A stretch of 57,809 nucleotides of DNA, taken from an uncultured Candidatus Saccharibacteria bacterium (GTDB taxonomy: Bacteria > Patescibacteriota > Minisyncoccia > Minisyncoccales > CG1-02-41-26). The notes beneath the pieces are model-generated. The model was not told where the DNA came from. It made no database searches and saw only the letters and a program-made list of their open reading frames with translations. The position numbers and the translations under genes are program-made. This document shows positions 22,813 through 33,044 of the stretch, piece by piece. The DNA lies in NCBI GenBank assembly GCA_964421005.1, contig CAYQUV010000001.1, positions 1-57,809 of the forward strand, in the 5' to 3' direction. How positions within the stretch are numbered: position 1 is the first letter of the stretch; each line of letters begins with the position of its first letter.

Positions 22813-23394
22813 TTAATATTTAACATCTAAATCCCTCTGAGAAATTGTGGTTTGAATGTTTAATTCTTGAGGTTCTATTTCCGTTGTTTTAAACAATAAA
22901 GTAAAAATTACTCTTGGTTGAATGGAATCATCTTGACTTTCGCCTATTACTTGAAACCTCAAACTCTCTACTGAAAGATTTAAGGGAGTCAAAACCTGGG
23001 TAACTCCGTCTTTTCTTACCTTTAAGACATTATTCTCAAGAAAGAATTCCTGACATTCTTTGTTATAATTTAAGAATTTTATGTGACTCTGAAGAGGGAT
23101 TTCGAAATTATGGTTTTGGGCAATACAAGCCGATTGAGTATCTTTTTTAGCCATTCTTAAACTACGAGCAATATATTCTGTAACGTAGGATGCCTCACTT
23201 AAAAGATAAGCGGATTCTGTACTCTTTTTTTGTTCTTTGAAAGCGGATGTAAAAAGATTCAACGAAGCTAAAATAACGATAGAAAAAATGGTAACAGTAA
23301 TTAGAAGCTCAATAAGAGTAAAACCCGATTTTCGGAACGGTTTTGACTCCGGATTATTTCTCAAACAGTTAAAATTAAAAAATAATTTTTCCAT
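22813..23394 (-). CDS. Type IV minor pilin (prepilin-type N-terminal cleavage/methylation domain)
   Basis: RKSG/FTLIELLITVTIFSIV class III signal peptide. Confidence 0.8.
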   Translation of the reverse strand: MEKLFFNFNCLRNNPESKPFRKSGFTLIELLITVTIFSIVILASLNLFTSAFKEQKKSTESAYLLSEASYVTEYIARSLRMAKKDTQSACIAQNHNFEIPLQSHIKFLNYNKECQEFFLENNVLKVRKDGVTQVLTPLNLSVESLRFQVIGESQDDSIQPRVIFTLLFKTTEIEPQELNIQTTISQRDLDVKY

Positions 23395-23406
23395 AAGTTA
23401 TACAAA

Positions 23407-23931
23407 TTATTGCCAGTCATATAAATTTTCTTCGGCCACAAAAGACGCTCTCTCTCCTGGCCAAGTTATTTTAACTTTTACATTTAAAATATAATCATTA
23501 ATTTTTTTAATGATAATTTCTCTTTTTATTCCGGTGTCCACTCCACCGCTGTAGCCGAATTTCCCATTGTAACCGTAAAAGCCCTCAGCGTTAAACTGAA
23601 GAGGGACTGAACCGTAATTATCTATTAATGAATCTCCGTTATATTGAACTCCGTAATTTTCTCCCTGCTCCAGGCCCGTATCAAAAGATCGACCCTGGAG
23701 CCAGTTGGTATCTCTGATATTTCTTACCACCTCAATTCCTTCTCTGGCAAGTTGGGAAACAATGAATCTATTGGCATTGGCCGAGGTAATAGAAACTATC
23801 CTGGGGACTAGATTATAAATCCCAATAATTCCTATGGTAATCACGGAAATAGCCACTATTACCTCAATCAGAGTAAAACCTTTTCTCATATTTTTCTGGA
23901 AATTTTTCTGGAAAAAATTAATATTAATCAT
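23407..23931 (-). CDS. Type IV minor pilin (PilV-like)
   Basis: MRKG/FTLIEVIVAISVITIGIIG prepilin motif. Confidence 0.8.
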   Translation of the reverse strand: MININFFQKNFQKNMRKGFTLIEVIVAISVITIGIIGIYNLVPRIVSITSANANRFIVSQLAREGIEVVRNIRDTNWLQGRSFDTGLEQGENYGVQYNGDSLIDNYGSVPLQFNAEGFYGYNGKFGYSGGVDTGIKREIIIKKINDYILNVKVKITWPGERASFVAEENLYDWQ

Positions 23932-24009
23932 CTTATTCTATACTCCGGGATGAGCCTGAGTGAATCTAAACTAAATCTCGGACAAATCCCGATTGAATTC
24001 TTGATGAAT

Positions 24010-24519
24010 TTAATCTAATATTTCTATTCTCCCAGCCGAGTTTATCTTAACTTGTCTCATATTGGTTTCAAAAGAGAGAGTTACTATTCCTTCGCTTCCC
24101 CAACCCTCTCCGTTTATGTAGCAAATGGGATCAGGTGGAGAAAAAACAACACTCAAAGGGGAAGAAGGCAATAAACTCTGAATCTGAACCCCTTTTTCTA
24201 ATTCAATCTCTTTCAAGAGTTTGTCGTTGAGAGAATTGTAAATTTTGTCATTGTTACAGTCAGCGAAAAGATAATAAGCGGTAGAGGCAACCTCAAAATA
24301 AATACCGAAATTATATGTTTTTGTTCCGTCGCAATCTTTTTCTTCAGCTCCCATTGCCATCTCCTGGGCTTCTCTTAAATTCTGGGCTAACTGATAAGTT
24401 GACCTTTCTAAAACCAATTTTTGCTCTTCGCCGCTTTTTCCCAAAAATAATACAGAAGAAAGAATGGCGATAATAGCTATAACCACCAAAAGTTCAATTA
24501 AAGTAAGGCCCTGGTTCAT
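24010..24519 (-). CDS. Type IV minor pilin (FimT/GspH-like)
   Basis: MNQG/LTLIELLVVIAIIAIL prepilin motif. Confidence 0.8.
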   Translation of the reverse strand: MNQGLTLIELLVVIAIIAILSSVLFLGKSGEEQKLVLERSTYQLAQNLREAQEMAMGAEEKDCDGTKTYNFGIYFEVASTAYYLFADCNNDKIYNSLNDKLLKEIELEKGVQIQSLLPSSPLSVVFSPPDPICYINGEGWGSEGIVTLSFETNMRQVKINSAGRIEILD

Positions 24520-24526
24520 AATAATT

Positions 24527-25330
24527 CTATAATAAATTGAGATACCAATTAATTAAATTTTGTCCCCAGAATAAAGCAATAAAAGTTCCTGTTACCAGAA
24601 AGGGACCAAAAGGGACTTGGCTTTGTAAATTTTTTTTACGAAAAATTATCAGTATCAGTCCTATTATAGCACCGATAAAAAAAGCTGAAAATAAGCTTAC
24701 CACAACCTGAGGAAATCCCAGAAAAAGACCTATTAAAAAAGATAACTTGACATCACCGAAACCCATCCATTTACCCCGGGATATGAGCCAGATTAAAAAG
24801 AAAAAACCAGCCGCTAAAAAAGCAGTTAAGAAAGAAGAGTAGAAATTAGCGCTTTGAAAACATAAACGAGCAGGAGGCAGATTGAAAATTATTTGATATA
24901 AAAAAACTATCAAAATAGCAGAATAAACTATCTTATCCGGAATAATATAGTGTTTTAAATCATATACAAAAATAATAATTAAAAGGCAAGAAATAATCAA
25001 CAAATAACTGAGATTAACAAGGTTTTGGAAATTAAAATCGGTGATTGATAACTGACTAAAAACAAGGAGAAATACAACTCCGGTGGCTATTTCAACCAGA
25101 GGGTACTGTAAAGATATATTTTTGCCACAATACCTGCACCTACCTCTTAAAAATAGAAAACTTAAAATAGGGATCAAATCAAAAAATCCCAACCGATGAC
25201 AACAGTAGGGACAAAAAGACCGGCCTCTTAAAAAACTTTTTTTCTCTTTTAACCGATAAATTACACAATTCAAAAAACTGCCGCAAGAGATCCCAAAAAT
25301 AAAAACAATTAAATAAAGAATAATACTCAT
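24527..25330 (-). CDS. pilD: Prepilin peptidase / N-methyltransferase (A24 family)
   Basis: Cys motif CPYCCH..CRYCGK. The two catalytic Asp contexts are FVYDLKHYIIPD and GFGDVKL. Polytopic membrane protein. Confidence 0.92.
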   Translation of the reverse strand: MSIILYLIVFIFGISCGSFLNCVIYRLKEKKSFLRGRSFCPYCCHRLGFFDLIPILSFLFLRGRCRYCGKNISLQYPLVEIATGVVFLLVFSQLSITDFNFQNLVNLSYLLIISCLLIIIFVYDLKHYIIPDKIVYSAILIVFLYQIIFNLPPARLCFQSANFYSSFLTAFLAAGFFFLIWLISRGKWMGFGDVKLSFLIGLFLGFPQVVVSLFSAFFIGAIIGLILIIFRKKNLQSQVPFGPFLVTGTFIALFWGQNLINWYLNLL

Positions 25331-25443
25331 TTTTTTATTATTGGCAACGAGAAAGAAGTGGAAAAATTTATTTTTACATTTCGACCGAGTGAACCAATAA
25401 TATAGTAGAAAGATATTCTTTTTCTACTCTATTCTAACAAAAA

Positions 25444-25470
25444 TTGCCCAGAAGAAAAACTTCTGGGCAA
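25444..25470 (-). terminator. Strong terminator after the major pilin gene
   Basis: Perfect 11-bp stem ttgcccagaag-aaaaa-cttctgggcaa. A U-run follows on the minus strand (A-run 25437-25443 on plus). Confidence 0.75.
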
Positions 25471-25525
25471 TCTTAATAAACCATTTAGCCGACAATATTA
25501 ATATTAACAGCTAACCGTAATAAAA

Positions 25526-25969
25526 TTAACCCTTGACTTCCTGACAGAGCGCTTCACCGGTAGCAGGACAAGGAGTTGTACTGGTGGTGACGCCGGCTCT
25601 TCCGGAACTGTCAGCGCAGTAGTAACCTCCGGCATTCAAAGCAGAATATATACAGGTTGTCGTAGAATTGGTTGCTGGATTATACTGAAAAGTCGGATTA
25701 GTTCCATCGGGATTATTATTGGCAATCTCTGCACAAAGAGCAGACATATCCTCATGAGAACAGTTGAAATTATCATAATCTCCATCATTGGCGTAAATAT
25801 AAGTCATTACTGTTCTTGCCTGGGCAATAGCAGAAATTATTCTTGAATCTTTTGCTTTTTTGGTAGCGCCCGGAAAACTGACTAAAACAATCGAAGCTAA
25901 AATACCGATAATAGCAATAACTACTAACAATTCAATCAAAGTAAAACCTCTTGATTTTTGTAATTTCAT
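25526..25969 (-). CDS. pilA: Major type IV pilin
   Basis: KSRG/FTLIELLVVIAIIGILASIVLVSF. 147 aa with six Cys in the C-terminal half. It has its own long upstream region and its own terminator. Confidence 0.9.
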   Translation of the reverse strand: MKLQKSRGFTLIELLVVIAIIGILASIVLVSFPGATKKAKDSRIISAIAQARTVMTYIYANDGDYDNFNCSHEDMSALCAEIANNNPDGTNPTFQYNPATNSTTTCIYSALNAGGYYCADSSGRAGVTTSTTPCPATGEALCQEVKG

Positions 25970-26273
25970 TTTATTTTTTAAGTTTTAATTAAAATCGACC
26001 TTTTTCAATTTTACTCCCAATCGAGCCATTGATTTATTTAAAGGCTCGCCAAGGAATACAAAATTGGTTTTTTGTTACATATTACTTACTTAAACGAGAT
26101 TCCAAAAGGACAAACATTCAGAGTTCTCAAGATCCAGCGAGCGAAACTGGCATGTTCTTAGACAATGGCTTGCCGAAGGCAAACATTCAAGGTTTTGCGA
26201 ACTTTGCTGACAGAGTCTTATTTTATTTTCAAATGTTAAACAACAAAAGTCAACCGATACTTTTCCACAGTCT

Positions 26274-27491
26274 TTAAGTACCTATTCCTCCAAGACCAAT
26301 TTTGAACAGAGGAATAAAAATTGAAAATACTAAAACAGCTATTCCTATCCCCAAGACGAGAATTATAAGGGGTTCTATAATACTGAAAATGGTTGAAGTT
26401 AATCTGTCTATCTCTTCTCTGTAAAATCTGACTACTTCCATCAAAGTTTCATCCAATTTTCCTGCTTTTTCTCCGGTTGAAATCATTTGAAGCAAGAAGG
26501 CAGGAATTTCTTCCGGATAGCGGGAAAATACAGAACTTATACTTTCACCTTTTGCCACTCTTTCCTTTGTCTCTTTTATAATCTCTTGATAAACATAATT
26601 GTTTATAATATCCTGGGTGATTTTCAAAGCCTGGGTAATCGGTAAACCGGTAGCAAGAGAAACAGATAGATTTTCAGCAAACCTTGTTAAGTAAACTTTT
26701 TTGGTCAAATCACCGATAATCGGAATTTTCAGCAGAAATCTGTCATAGAAACGTTTTGAAACTTCCGAACGTTTAAGATAGAAAGGAAGAAAAAACAAAA
26801 CTGCCAGTACTCCAACTATTATTAACCAGCCACCCTTTTTGAAGAAATCTGTGAACGATATAACCAGCCTTGTTATCAAAGGAAGTTCTCCTCCAAATGC
26901 TTCTAAAACTTCAATCAATTTTGGAATAATAAAGAAAATTGCTAAAAGGAAAACGGCTATGAAAACAAGAATAACAAAAATAGGATAAATCATAGCGTTT
27001 CTTAACTTCTGGTTAAGATTATATTCTCTTTCCAAATGTTCCGCCAAATAACCTAAAGAATCTGCCAGTTTCCCGGTAACTTCTCCAGATTTAATCACTC
27101 CTATGTAAAAGGGGTCAAAAACATCGGGAAACATAGAAAAAGCCCGGCTCAAGCTCTCTCCTCCTTCTACTAATTCTGATATTCTCAGGATTTTCTCACG
27201 GAACCGAGGATTTTCAATTTGAGTTACCTGAGCCCTCAACGCCTCAACCGGTGAAATAGCCGATTTTAACATCACCCCAAGCTGGCGGGTAAAGGTAACT
27301 AAATCTTCAGAAGAAATTCCCCGAAAAAAAATTTCCTTCCCTAAAATCCCTGCTTTTTCAGTTTCTTTCAAAGAAGTTACATACAAACCATATTTTTCTA
27401 AAATAGAAAGAGCGGCTTTCCGGGAAGAAGCCTCAATCATTCCTTTTTGAAGTTTTCCCTCTTTTGTCCTGGCTTTATATTTATAACGCAT
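26274..27491 (-). CDS. pilC: Type IV pilus platform protein PilC (T2SS F family)
   Basis: Duplicated T2SSF domains and three TM segments. Start set at ATG 27491 (MRYKYKARTKEGK...), five codons inside the listed ORF. Confidence 0.9.
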   Translation of the reverse strand: MRYKYKARTKEGKLQKGMIEASSRKAALSILEKYGLYVTSLKETEKAGILGKEIFFRGISSEDLVTFTRQLGVMLKSAISPVEALRAQVTQIENPRFREKILRISELVEGGESLSRAFSMFPDVFDPFYIGVIKSGEVTGKLADSLGYLAEHLEREYNLNQKLRNAMIYPIFVILVFIAVFLLAIFFIIPKLIEVLEAFGGELPLITRLVISFTDFFKKGGWLIIVGVLAVLFFLPFYLKRSEVSKRFYDRFLLKIPIIGDLTKKVYLTRFAENLSVSLATGLPITQALKITQDIINNYVYQEIIKETKERVAKGESISSVFSRYPEEIPAFLLQMISTGEKAGKLDETLMEVVRFYREEIDRLTSTIFSIIEPLIILVLGIGIAVLVFSIFIPLFKIGLGGIGT

Positions 27492-27542
27492 AAAAAAAGG
27501 AAGCAAACAACCGAAAAAAAAGCGAGCGATTTCTGGAAAGTA

Positions 27543-28625
27543 CTATCGGCGAGCTTTCCCTAATCTGCTTTTCAAATCCTGAGGGTTAAGAGAATAAGCT
27601 ATAGCGGTATTTTCTTCAATTTTTCCTTTTCTTACCAAATCAGCCAAAGATTTGTTAAATGGAATCATTCCCTCAGTTGCCGAAGTTTCAATTACTGCCG
27701 GAATCTCATGGATTTTATTCTCCCGGATTAAATTACTAATTGCCGGATTATTAAACATTACCTCGCAAGCCGGAACAATTTCTTTTTTAACTGTTAATAT
27801 TAATCTCTGGGCAACCACAGCCAGCAAAGAGCCTGACAATTGCGCCCGGATTTGATTCTGCTGATGAGGAGGAAAAACATCAATTACCCGATGAATAGTC
27901 TGACTGGCTGAATTAGTATGTAATGTTGCAAAAACTAAATGCCCTGTTTCAGCTGCCGTCAGAGCGGTTGAAATAGTTTCCAAATCCCTCATTTCTCCGA
28001 CCATAATTACATCCGGGTCTTCCCTTAATGTTGATCTCAACGCTCTGGCAAAACTCAGCGTGTCGCTGAAAACTTCTCTCTGGTCAACCAACGATTTATC
28101 ATCCTTGAAGACATATTCAATCGGGTCTTCAATGGTAATTATATGCTCCCTTCTTTTGTGATTTATTTCGTCTATCAGAGCAGCTAAAGTTGTGGACTTA
28201 CCCTGAGAAGAAGCGCCTGTGATTAAAACAAACCCCTGGGAAGCCTCGGTTAAAGAATGTAAAATTGGGGGAAGATTCAATTCATCGATTGTCCGGATTT
28301 CCCGAGGTATAAGCCGCAAAGCAATACTCACATTTCCGCTTTGAAAATAAATATTTGTCCGAAATCTGGCCTTTCTCTCAAAATTATAACCAAAATCAAT
28401 TTCTTTTTCCCTTAAAAACTTTTCAATCTGGTTATCCCCCATCAGTTTGAAAGCCAGACCCTGAGAATCTTCAGGAGTAATTACTTTTTCCTCTTTTAAG
28501 GGGACAAGGCTCCTGTTAATTCTTAAAACCGGCGGGTGACCGACGGAAATGTGTAAATCGGAAGCACCCTTTTCGAGAGCCACTTCCAGAAGTTTTCTAA
28601 GTTGTGTTTTATAATCCATATTCAA
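27543..28625 (-). CDS. pilT: Twitching-motility retraction ATPase PilT
   Basis: Walker A GASSQGKSTT, Asp box, Walker B IMVGEMRD, His box ATLHTNSA. 360 aa, the size typical of PilT. Confidence 0.92.
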   Translation of the reverse strand: MNMDYKTQLRKLLEVALEKGASDLHISVGHPPVLRINRSLVPLKEEKVITPEDSQGLAFKLMGDNQIEKFLREKEIDFGYNFERKARFRTNIYFQSGNVSIALRLIPREIRTIDELNLPPILHSLTEASQGFVLITGASSQGKSTTLAALIDEINHKRREHIITIEDPIEYVFKDDKSLVDQREVFSDTLSFARALRSTLREDPDVIMVGEMRDLETISTALTAAETGHLVFATLHTNSASQTIHRVIDVFPPHQQNQIRAQLSGSLLAVVAQRLILTVKKEIVPACEVMFNNPAISNLIRENKIHEIPAVIETSATEGMIPFNKSLADLVRKGKIEENTAIAYSLNPQDLKSRLGKARR

Positions 28626-28652
28626 AATTCAATCCGCTAAAAAATTTGTTAA

Positions 28653-30386
28653 CTATATGCCCATTTCTTCGGTTACTCTCATCACCTCTTCAAGCGATGT
28701 CTCTCCTTTCAAAACCTTTAAGATTCCATCATCTTCCATTGAAACCATTCTCTGATTTTTTGCCTCTTTCAAAATTTCTCCCTCGGTTGGTTTCTCAACA
28801 ATAATTTCAGCCAGAGAAGGTGTCATCTTTAACATCTCAAATATTCCGATTCTCCCTAAATATCCTTTAAAATTGCATTTTTTACAACCTTTCGGCTGAT
28901 AGATAAAGATAGGTTCTTTAAGTTTTAAATCTTTTATCACTTCTTTGGGCAAATTTTTAATTCTGTCTAAAATATACTTTTTCTTTTTTCCTTTAAGTTC
29001 CACCTTTCGTTTACAATAGGGACAGAGAGTCCTGACAAGCCGCTGGCTGACTGCCAAGGTTAGGGTTGGTGGAATCAAAAACGGTCTGACTCTCATATCA
29101 ATTAATCTTGGAATAACTCCTATGGCATTATTGGCATGGAGAGTTGAGAGAACAAGATGACCGGTTAAAGCGGCATGAATAGCCAGAGAAGCGGTTTCCG
29201 CATCCCGAATCTCACCAACCATAATAATGTCGGGGCTTTGCCTGAGAATATGGCGAAGACCTCTGGCAAAAGTATAATTAATTTCCGTGTTTATCTGTGA
29301 CTGATTGATGCCGTCAACGAAATATTCCACCGGGTCCTCCAGAGTTATAATATTTACGTCGGTTTTATTTAAAATTCTTAAAATGGCGTATAAGGTAGTG
29401 GTTTTACCACAACCCGTAGGACCCGTTGCTAAAATAAGACCATAAGGTTTTTCAATAGTTTCGCTAAGAGTTTTATAATTCTTTTCGCTAAGACCCAATT
29501 TATCCAGAGGTTTCATTCCTTCTTCCGGATCAAGAACACGGAGAGCCACTTTTTCTCCTAAACTTGTGGGAAAAGTTGAAACTCGAAAATCAATTTTTTT
29601 CTCTCCGATAATGGTAGAAAATCTTCCGTCCTGCGGCAACCGGGTTTCATCAATTTTCAAACCGCTCAAAATTTTAATCCTGGTTATGATAGCCGGGTGA
29701 ACTTTCATCGGCAAAAATAGAGAGGTATATAAAATCCCGTCTAACCTATATCTAACTCTCAGATTTTCTCGGGTTGGCTCAATATGGATATCGGAGGCAC
29801 CTCCTTCAACAGCCTGCCGTAAAATAACGGCAACCATTTTAATAACCGGCGCTTCTTCAACCAATCTTTCAAATTCTCTAACTCCTGCTTTTCTTTCCGG
29901 TTCCACCTCTAATTCTTCTTCCAATCTTCCCAATGCTTTTTCCATTTCTTTCTCCGGGACAAGATAACTTCTTAGACATTTTTCAAAATCGGAAAAGGTA
30001 ATCAAAAAAACTTCAGGGGTTAATTTCTGTTGTCTGGTTAAAAACTTAAGCGCTTCTTGTGCTCGGGGATCTTCGGGAAAAACCATTCCCACTTCTAAAA
30101 CTTTCTTTGCTTTCTTCAGGGCCAGAGGAATCATCTTGTAAAATTCAGCTGATTCTCTGGGAATAATAGAAAGAACCTCCACCGAAATTCTTTCAGCAGG
30201 AGTCTCGTGAAGAGGAATTTTCAAAGCTTCGCTTTTTAAGTTAAAAAGCTGTTTTTCACCGATAAGTTTCCCCTTTAAAATTACTTCTTCGGGACTCAAA
30301 CCGGTTTTCTTAACTTTACCTCTAAGCTTAATACCCTGCTCTTTTTTTAGAATTTTTCTTTCAATTAAATATTGAATTAAATCCAT
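28653..30386 (-). CDS. pilB: Type IV pilus assembly ATPase PilB (GspE family)
   Basis: Walker A GPTGCGKTTT, IMVGEIRD, STLHANNA, tetracysteine CPYC..CKKC, and an N-terminal GspE_N-type domain. Confidence 0.93.
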   Translation of the reverse strand: MDLIQYLIERKILKKEQGIKLRGKVKKTGLSPEEVILKGKLIGEKQLFNLKSEALKIPLHETPAERISVEVLSIIPRESAEFYKMIPLALKKAKKVLEVGMVFPEDPRAQEALKFLTRQQKLTPEVFLITFSDFEKCLRSYLVPEKEMEKALGRLEEELEVEPERKAGVREFERLVEEAPVIKMVAVILRQAVEGGASDIHIEPTRENLRVRYRLDGILYTSLFLPMKVHPAIITRIKILSGLKIDETRLPQDGRFSTIIGEKKIDFRVSTFPTSLGEKVALRVLDPEEGMKPLDKLGLSEKNYKTLSETIEKPYGLILATGPTGCGKTTTLYAILRILNKTDVNIITLEDPVEYFVDGINQSQINTEINYTFARGLRHILRQSPDIIMVGEIRDAETASLAIHAALTGHLVLSTLHANNAIGVIPRLIDMRVRPFLIPPTLTLAVSQRLVRTLCPYCKRKVELKGKKKKYILDRIKNLPKEVIKDLKLKEPIFIYQPKGCKKCNFKGYLGRIGIFEMLKMTPSLAEIIVEKPTEGEILKEAKNQRMVSMEDDGILKVLKGETSLEEVMRVTEEMGI

Positions 30387-30474
30387 AAAAATTTACCGGA
30401 ATAAATTAAAGACATAAGTCAGATTTTCTTTTTCAGCTTACAATTTTTTTTATCGCTTTTTAATAAAATCCGGG

Positions 30475-30732
30475 CTAATAGGGTTCAAAAGGATTTTCTC
30501 TACCAACTTCTTCCGGCAAAGAAATCTCTTCAAAAATGGAAAGTTTTTCAATCTCCGGACTTTCCAAAAGTTTGAAGTCAATCTCAATTTTGGTAAAAGA
30601 AGGAATTATCTTAGGAACTTCCAGTGGAGCCGGTTTTAAGATTATTTCTTTGAACAAAATAATCAAAGAAACGAGAACAACCCCTAAAATTAAGTATCTG
30701 ACATTCTTTTTTTTGTAATATTCTTCAAACAT
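30475..30732 (-). CDS. Small single-pass membrane protein, PilP-like
   Basis: One TM (YLILGVVLVSLIILF). C-terminal GRENPFEPY resembles the R-D/N-P-F motif of PilP-type proteins. It sits between pilO and pilB. Confidence 0.4.
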   Translation of the reverse strand: MFEEYYKKKNVRYLILGVVLVSLIILFKEIILKPAPLEVPKIIPSFTKIEIDFKLLESPEIEKLSIFEEISLPEEVGRENPFEPY

Positions 30733-30752
30733 CTTTCAAATCAATTTTTTAG

Positions 30753-31277
30753 TTAATAGGAATGGACCTTCAACCTAAGAGTGATTGCCAGAGAACCCTC
30801 CTCGGTTGTTGTCAGAGAAATATTTTCAACTTCAATCATCCTTGACGAATTTTCAATAACCTTCAAAAAGTTTTCCAGAGAAGAAAGCGTACCAACAACA
30901 GAAAGGGAAAAATAACTTTCTTTAATTCCTGCCGTTTCTTCTTCTGCTCCAACTTCCTGAGCTTTGATTATGCCCATACTTCCAACTGCCAAACCGCTCT
31001 CCGAAGCTTTTTCCTGAAGGAAACTTAATAAAGAAGCAGGGGACATCCTTAAGGGCAGAGCCGAATTAATTTTCTCCAGAGATTCAGCATATTTTTCAAG
31101 TTTGTTTGATGCTTCTTCAAGATTTGAAAAATAGATATTTCTTTCTTGAATCAGAGATTCTTTTTGTGAAATTTTACTTCTCAAAAGTTTAAAATCCGAG
31201 TATTGAGGAAGAATAAAATAAACAACCGCTAAAAAACAAATAAAGAGTAAAATTGTAGTAGCTAAAATTCGTTTCAT
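30753..31277 (-). CDS. pilO: Pilus assembly protein PilO
   Basis: N-terminal TM, coiled coil, ferredoxin-like C-terminus. Follows pilN with a 4-nt overlap. Confidence 0.7.
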   Translation of the reverse strand: MKRILATTILLFICFLAVVYFILPQYSDFKLLRSKISQKESLIQERNIYFSNLEEASNKLEKYAESLEKINSALPLRMSPASLLSFLQEKASESGLAVGSMGIIKAQEVGAEEETAGIKESYFSLSVVGTLSSLENFLKVIENSSRMIEVENISLTTTEEGSLAITLRLKVHSY

Positions 31278-31828
31278 TTTTTAATAAGATTTTCGGAGAA
31301 AGTAAAAGCTAAATCAAAATTAACTTTTCCCTCCCTGTCCAAAGATACTCTGGAAAGTCGGAGACCTTTAATTTCTTCTTTTTCCTGAAGGACTAAAATT
31401 TGTTCTCCCAGAGTATAAAAGCTTTCCGTTATTCCCGACAAGATCACTTTGGATTCTTGAGTGTCTATTTCAAGAGAAGTAAACTGAACCTGAGGATGAC
31501 AGAATTCTTTTAAAAAATCAAAAAGGTTGGAAGTAAACTTGTGTTTTGCTAAAAGCTGAGGGAAATCATTAATTCTTTTAGAGAGAAAAAGCATTTCCTC
31601 CTCAAGCATTTTCTGACTTTCGGAAGGCTTAAGATCCGTTTCCAATTTTTTTATCTTTTTTTCTAAAGATGGAATTTGGTTATCCAGAAAAAAGTAAAGA
31701 CCGACCAGAGCAAGCAAGAGAATCACGGAAAGCCAGAAAAACAAGTTAACATAAAAGGGCGCCTTCGGTTTTGCTCTCGGAATAATTTTTACTAAATCTT
31801 CTTTTGCCATATTACTTAATTTTATCAA
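31274..31828 (-). CDS. pilN: Pilus assembly protein PilN
   Basis: Short cytoplasmic N-terminus, TM (LFFWLSVILLLALVGLYFF) and coiled coil. Lies between pilM and pilO. Confidence 0.7.
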   Translation of the reverse strand: MIKLSNMAKEDLVKIIPRAKPKAPFYVNLFFWLSVILLLALVGLYFFLDNQIPSLEKKIKKLETDLKPSESQKMLEEEMLFLSKRINDFPQLLAKHKFTSNLFDFLKEFCHPQVQFTSLEIDTQESKVILSGITESFYTLGEQILVLQEKEEIKGLRLSRVSLDREGKVNFDLAFTFSENLIKK

Positions 31829-31853
31829 TAAATTAAAATTTAGAAAAGGGTGA

Positions 31854-32909
31854 TTAACTTTCCAAACCCATTAAAGCCACACCTACGGCTACGGCAAACG
31901 AAGGACCCAATTCTTTCAAACGCTCTTTAAGGGAAGCAGGGAAAGAAATACTTGAAAAAGGGTCGGCCAGAATAATCTTCTTTTTCATTTTGCTCTCCAG
32001 ATAATCACGGAGCCCAAAAAGAGTTGCTGTTCCTCCGGCAATTATAACATGATTCACATTTCTGCCTTCTTTCTGGTAGTAATTCCGACAAATTTTTTCT
32101 ATCTCAAAAACAAGAGAGTCAATTTGAGAGAGAAGAATCTGAGCGATATCTTTTCTTTTCGGGTCTAAACCATATTTCGTTTTAAGTTCTTCCGCCTCTT
32201 TTAAATCAACACTGAGTTCTTTGCTCAAAGATCTTGTTAAACTCTGGCTGGAAACGTCAAAGCTGTGACTAAGCCGGAGTATTTCTTTCTCAACAATACT
32301 GACGCTTGTACTTTGCCAACCAATATCCACCAAACATATCGGCTCTTTTGCAAGTGCTTTTGGAATCGATGACCTGATAAGTCCGAAAACTTCTGCTTCC
32401 ATGCTTTTCAGTTCAATCTGGATCAGATTTGCTGCTCTTTGATAACTTGCCAGAACTTTATTGGGAACGGCAACTAACAATACCTTAAGTTCTACTCCCG
32501 GGAATATCTCCTTTTTTTCGATTATCTGCCAATCAAAAGTCACTTCGGATAAGGGAACGGGAATGTAATGACGAGCTTCAAACTCAATTGCCTGAGGAAC
32601 TTCTTCTCTACTCATTGGTGGCAGAGAAAAAGAAGTAAAAAAAGTAGAAAAATCGGGTAGCGAGAAGGCGGATTTTTTTTCTTTAATTTTGGCTTCTTTT
32701 AAAAGCGCCTCTAAAATTTCGGAGGCCCTATCGCTTGAAAGGGTTAAACTTTCTCCTTGAAATGTTTTTAAAGCAGGAGTCTCGGAAGGAATAGTAAATT
32801 CAACGTAATTTTTCAATTTTTTTCTTTTAGCAAAACTGGAAATTTCAACAATCTTTATTGAAGAGGCTCCAATATCTATACCTAAACAACTTTTTGAAAA
32901 AATACCCAT
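31854..32909 (-). CDS. pilM: Pilus assembly ATPase-like protein PilM (actin-like fold)
   Basis: LGIDIGASSIKIVE phosphate-1 motif and IIAGGTATLFGL. First gene of the pil operon. Confidence 0.85.
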   Translation of the reverse strand: MGIFSKSCLGIDIGASSIKIVEISSFAKRKKLKNYVEFTIPSETPALKTFQGESLTLSSDRASEILEALLKEAKIKEKKSAFSLPDFSTFFTSFSLPPMSREEVPQAIEFEARHYIPVPLSEVTFDWQIIEKKEIFPGVELKVLLVAVPNKVLASYQRAANLIQIELKSMEAEVFGLIRSSIPKALAKEPICLVDIGWQSTSVSIVEKEILRLSHSFDVSSQSLTRSLSKELSVDLKEAEELKTKYGLDPKRKDIAQILLSQIDSLVFEIEKICRNYYQKEGRNVNHVIIAGGTATLFGLRDYLESKMKKKIILADPFSSISFPASLKERLKELGPSFAVAVGVALMGLES

Positions 32910-33044
32910 AATGGTTTAGAAATATTTTTTTTATTATACTATAGATTTCACATTTTGGTATAATAACAGGAAATCTCCATGCAGAAATTATACCAGCGGA
33001 AACCACCATCGGAGAAATTGCCCTCGGAGAGATTATTATATAAT

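Noticed and set aside
26029-26277. 82-aa plus-strand ORF in the pilC-pilA spacer.
   Set aside because: It has an alternative start, no motifs and a direction opposing the whole pil operon. The region is better explained as the pilA promoter/leader.
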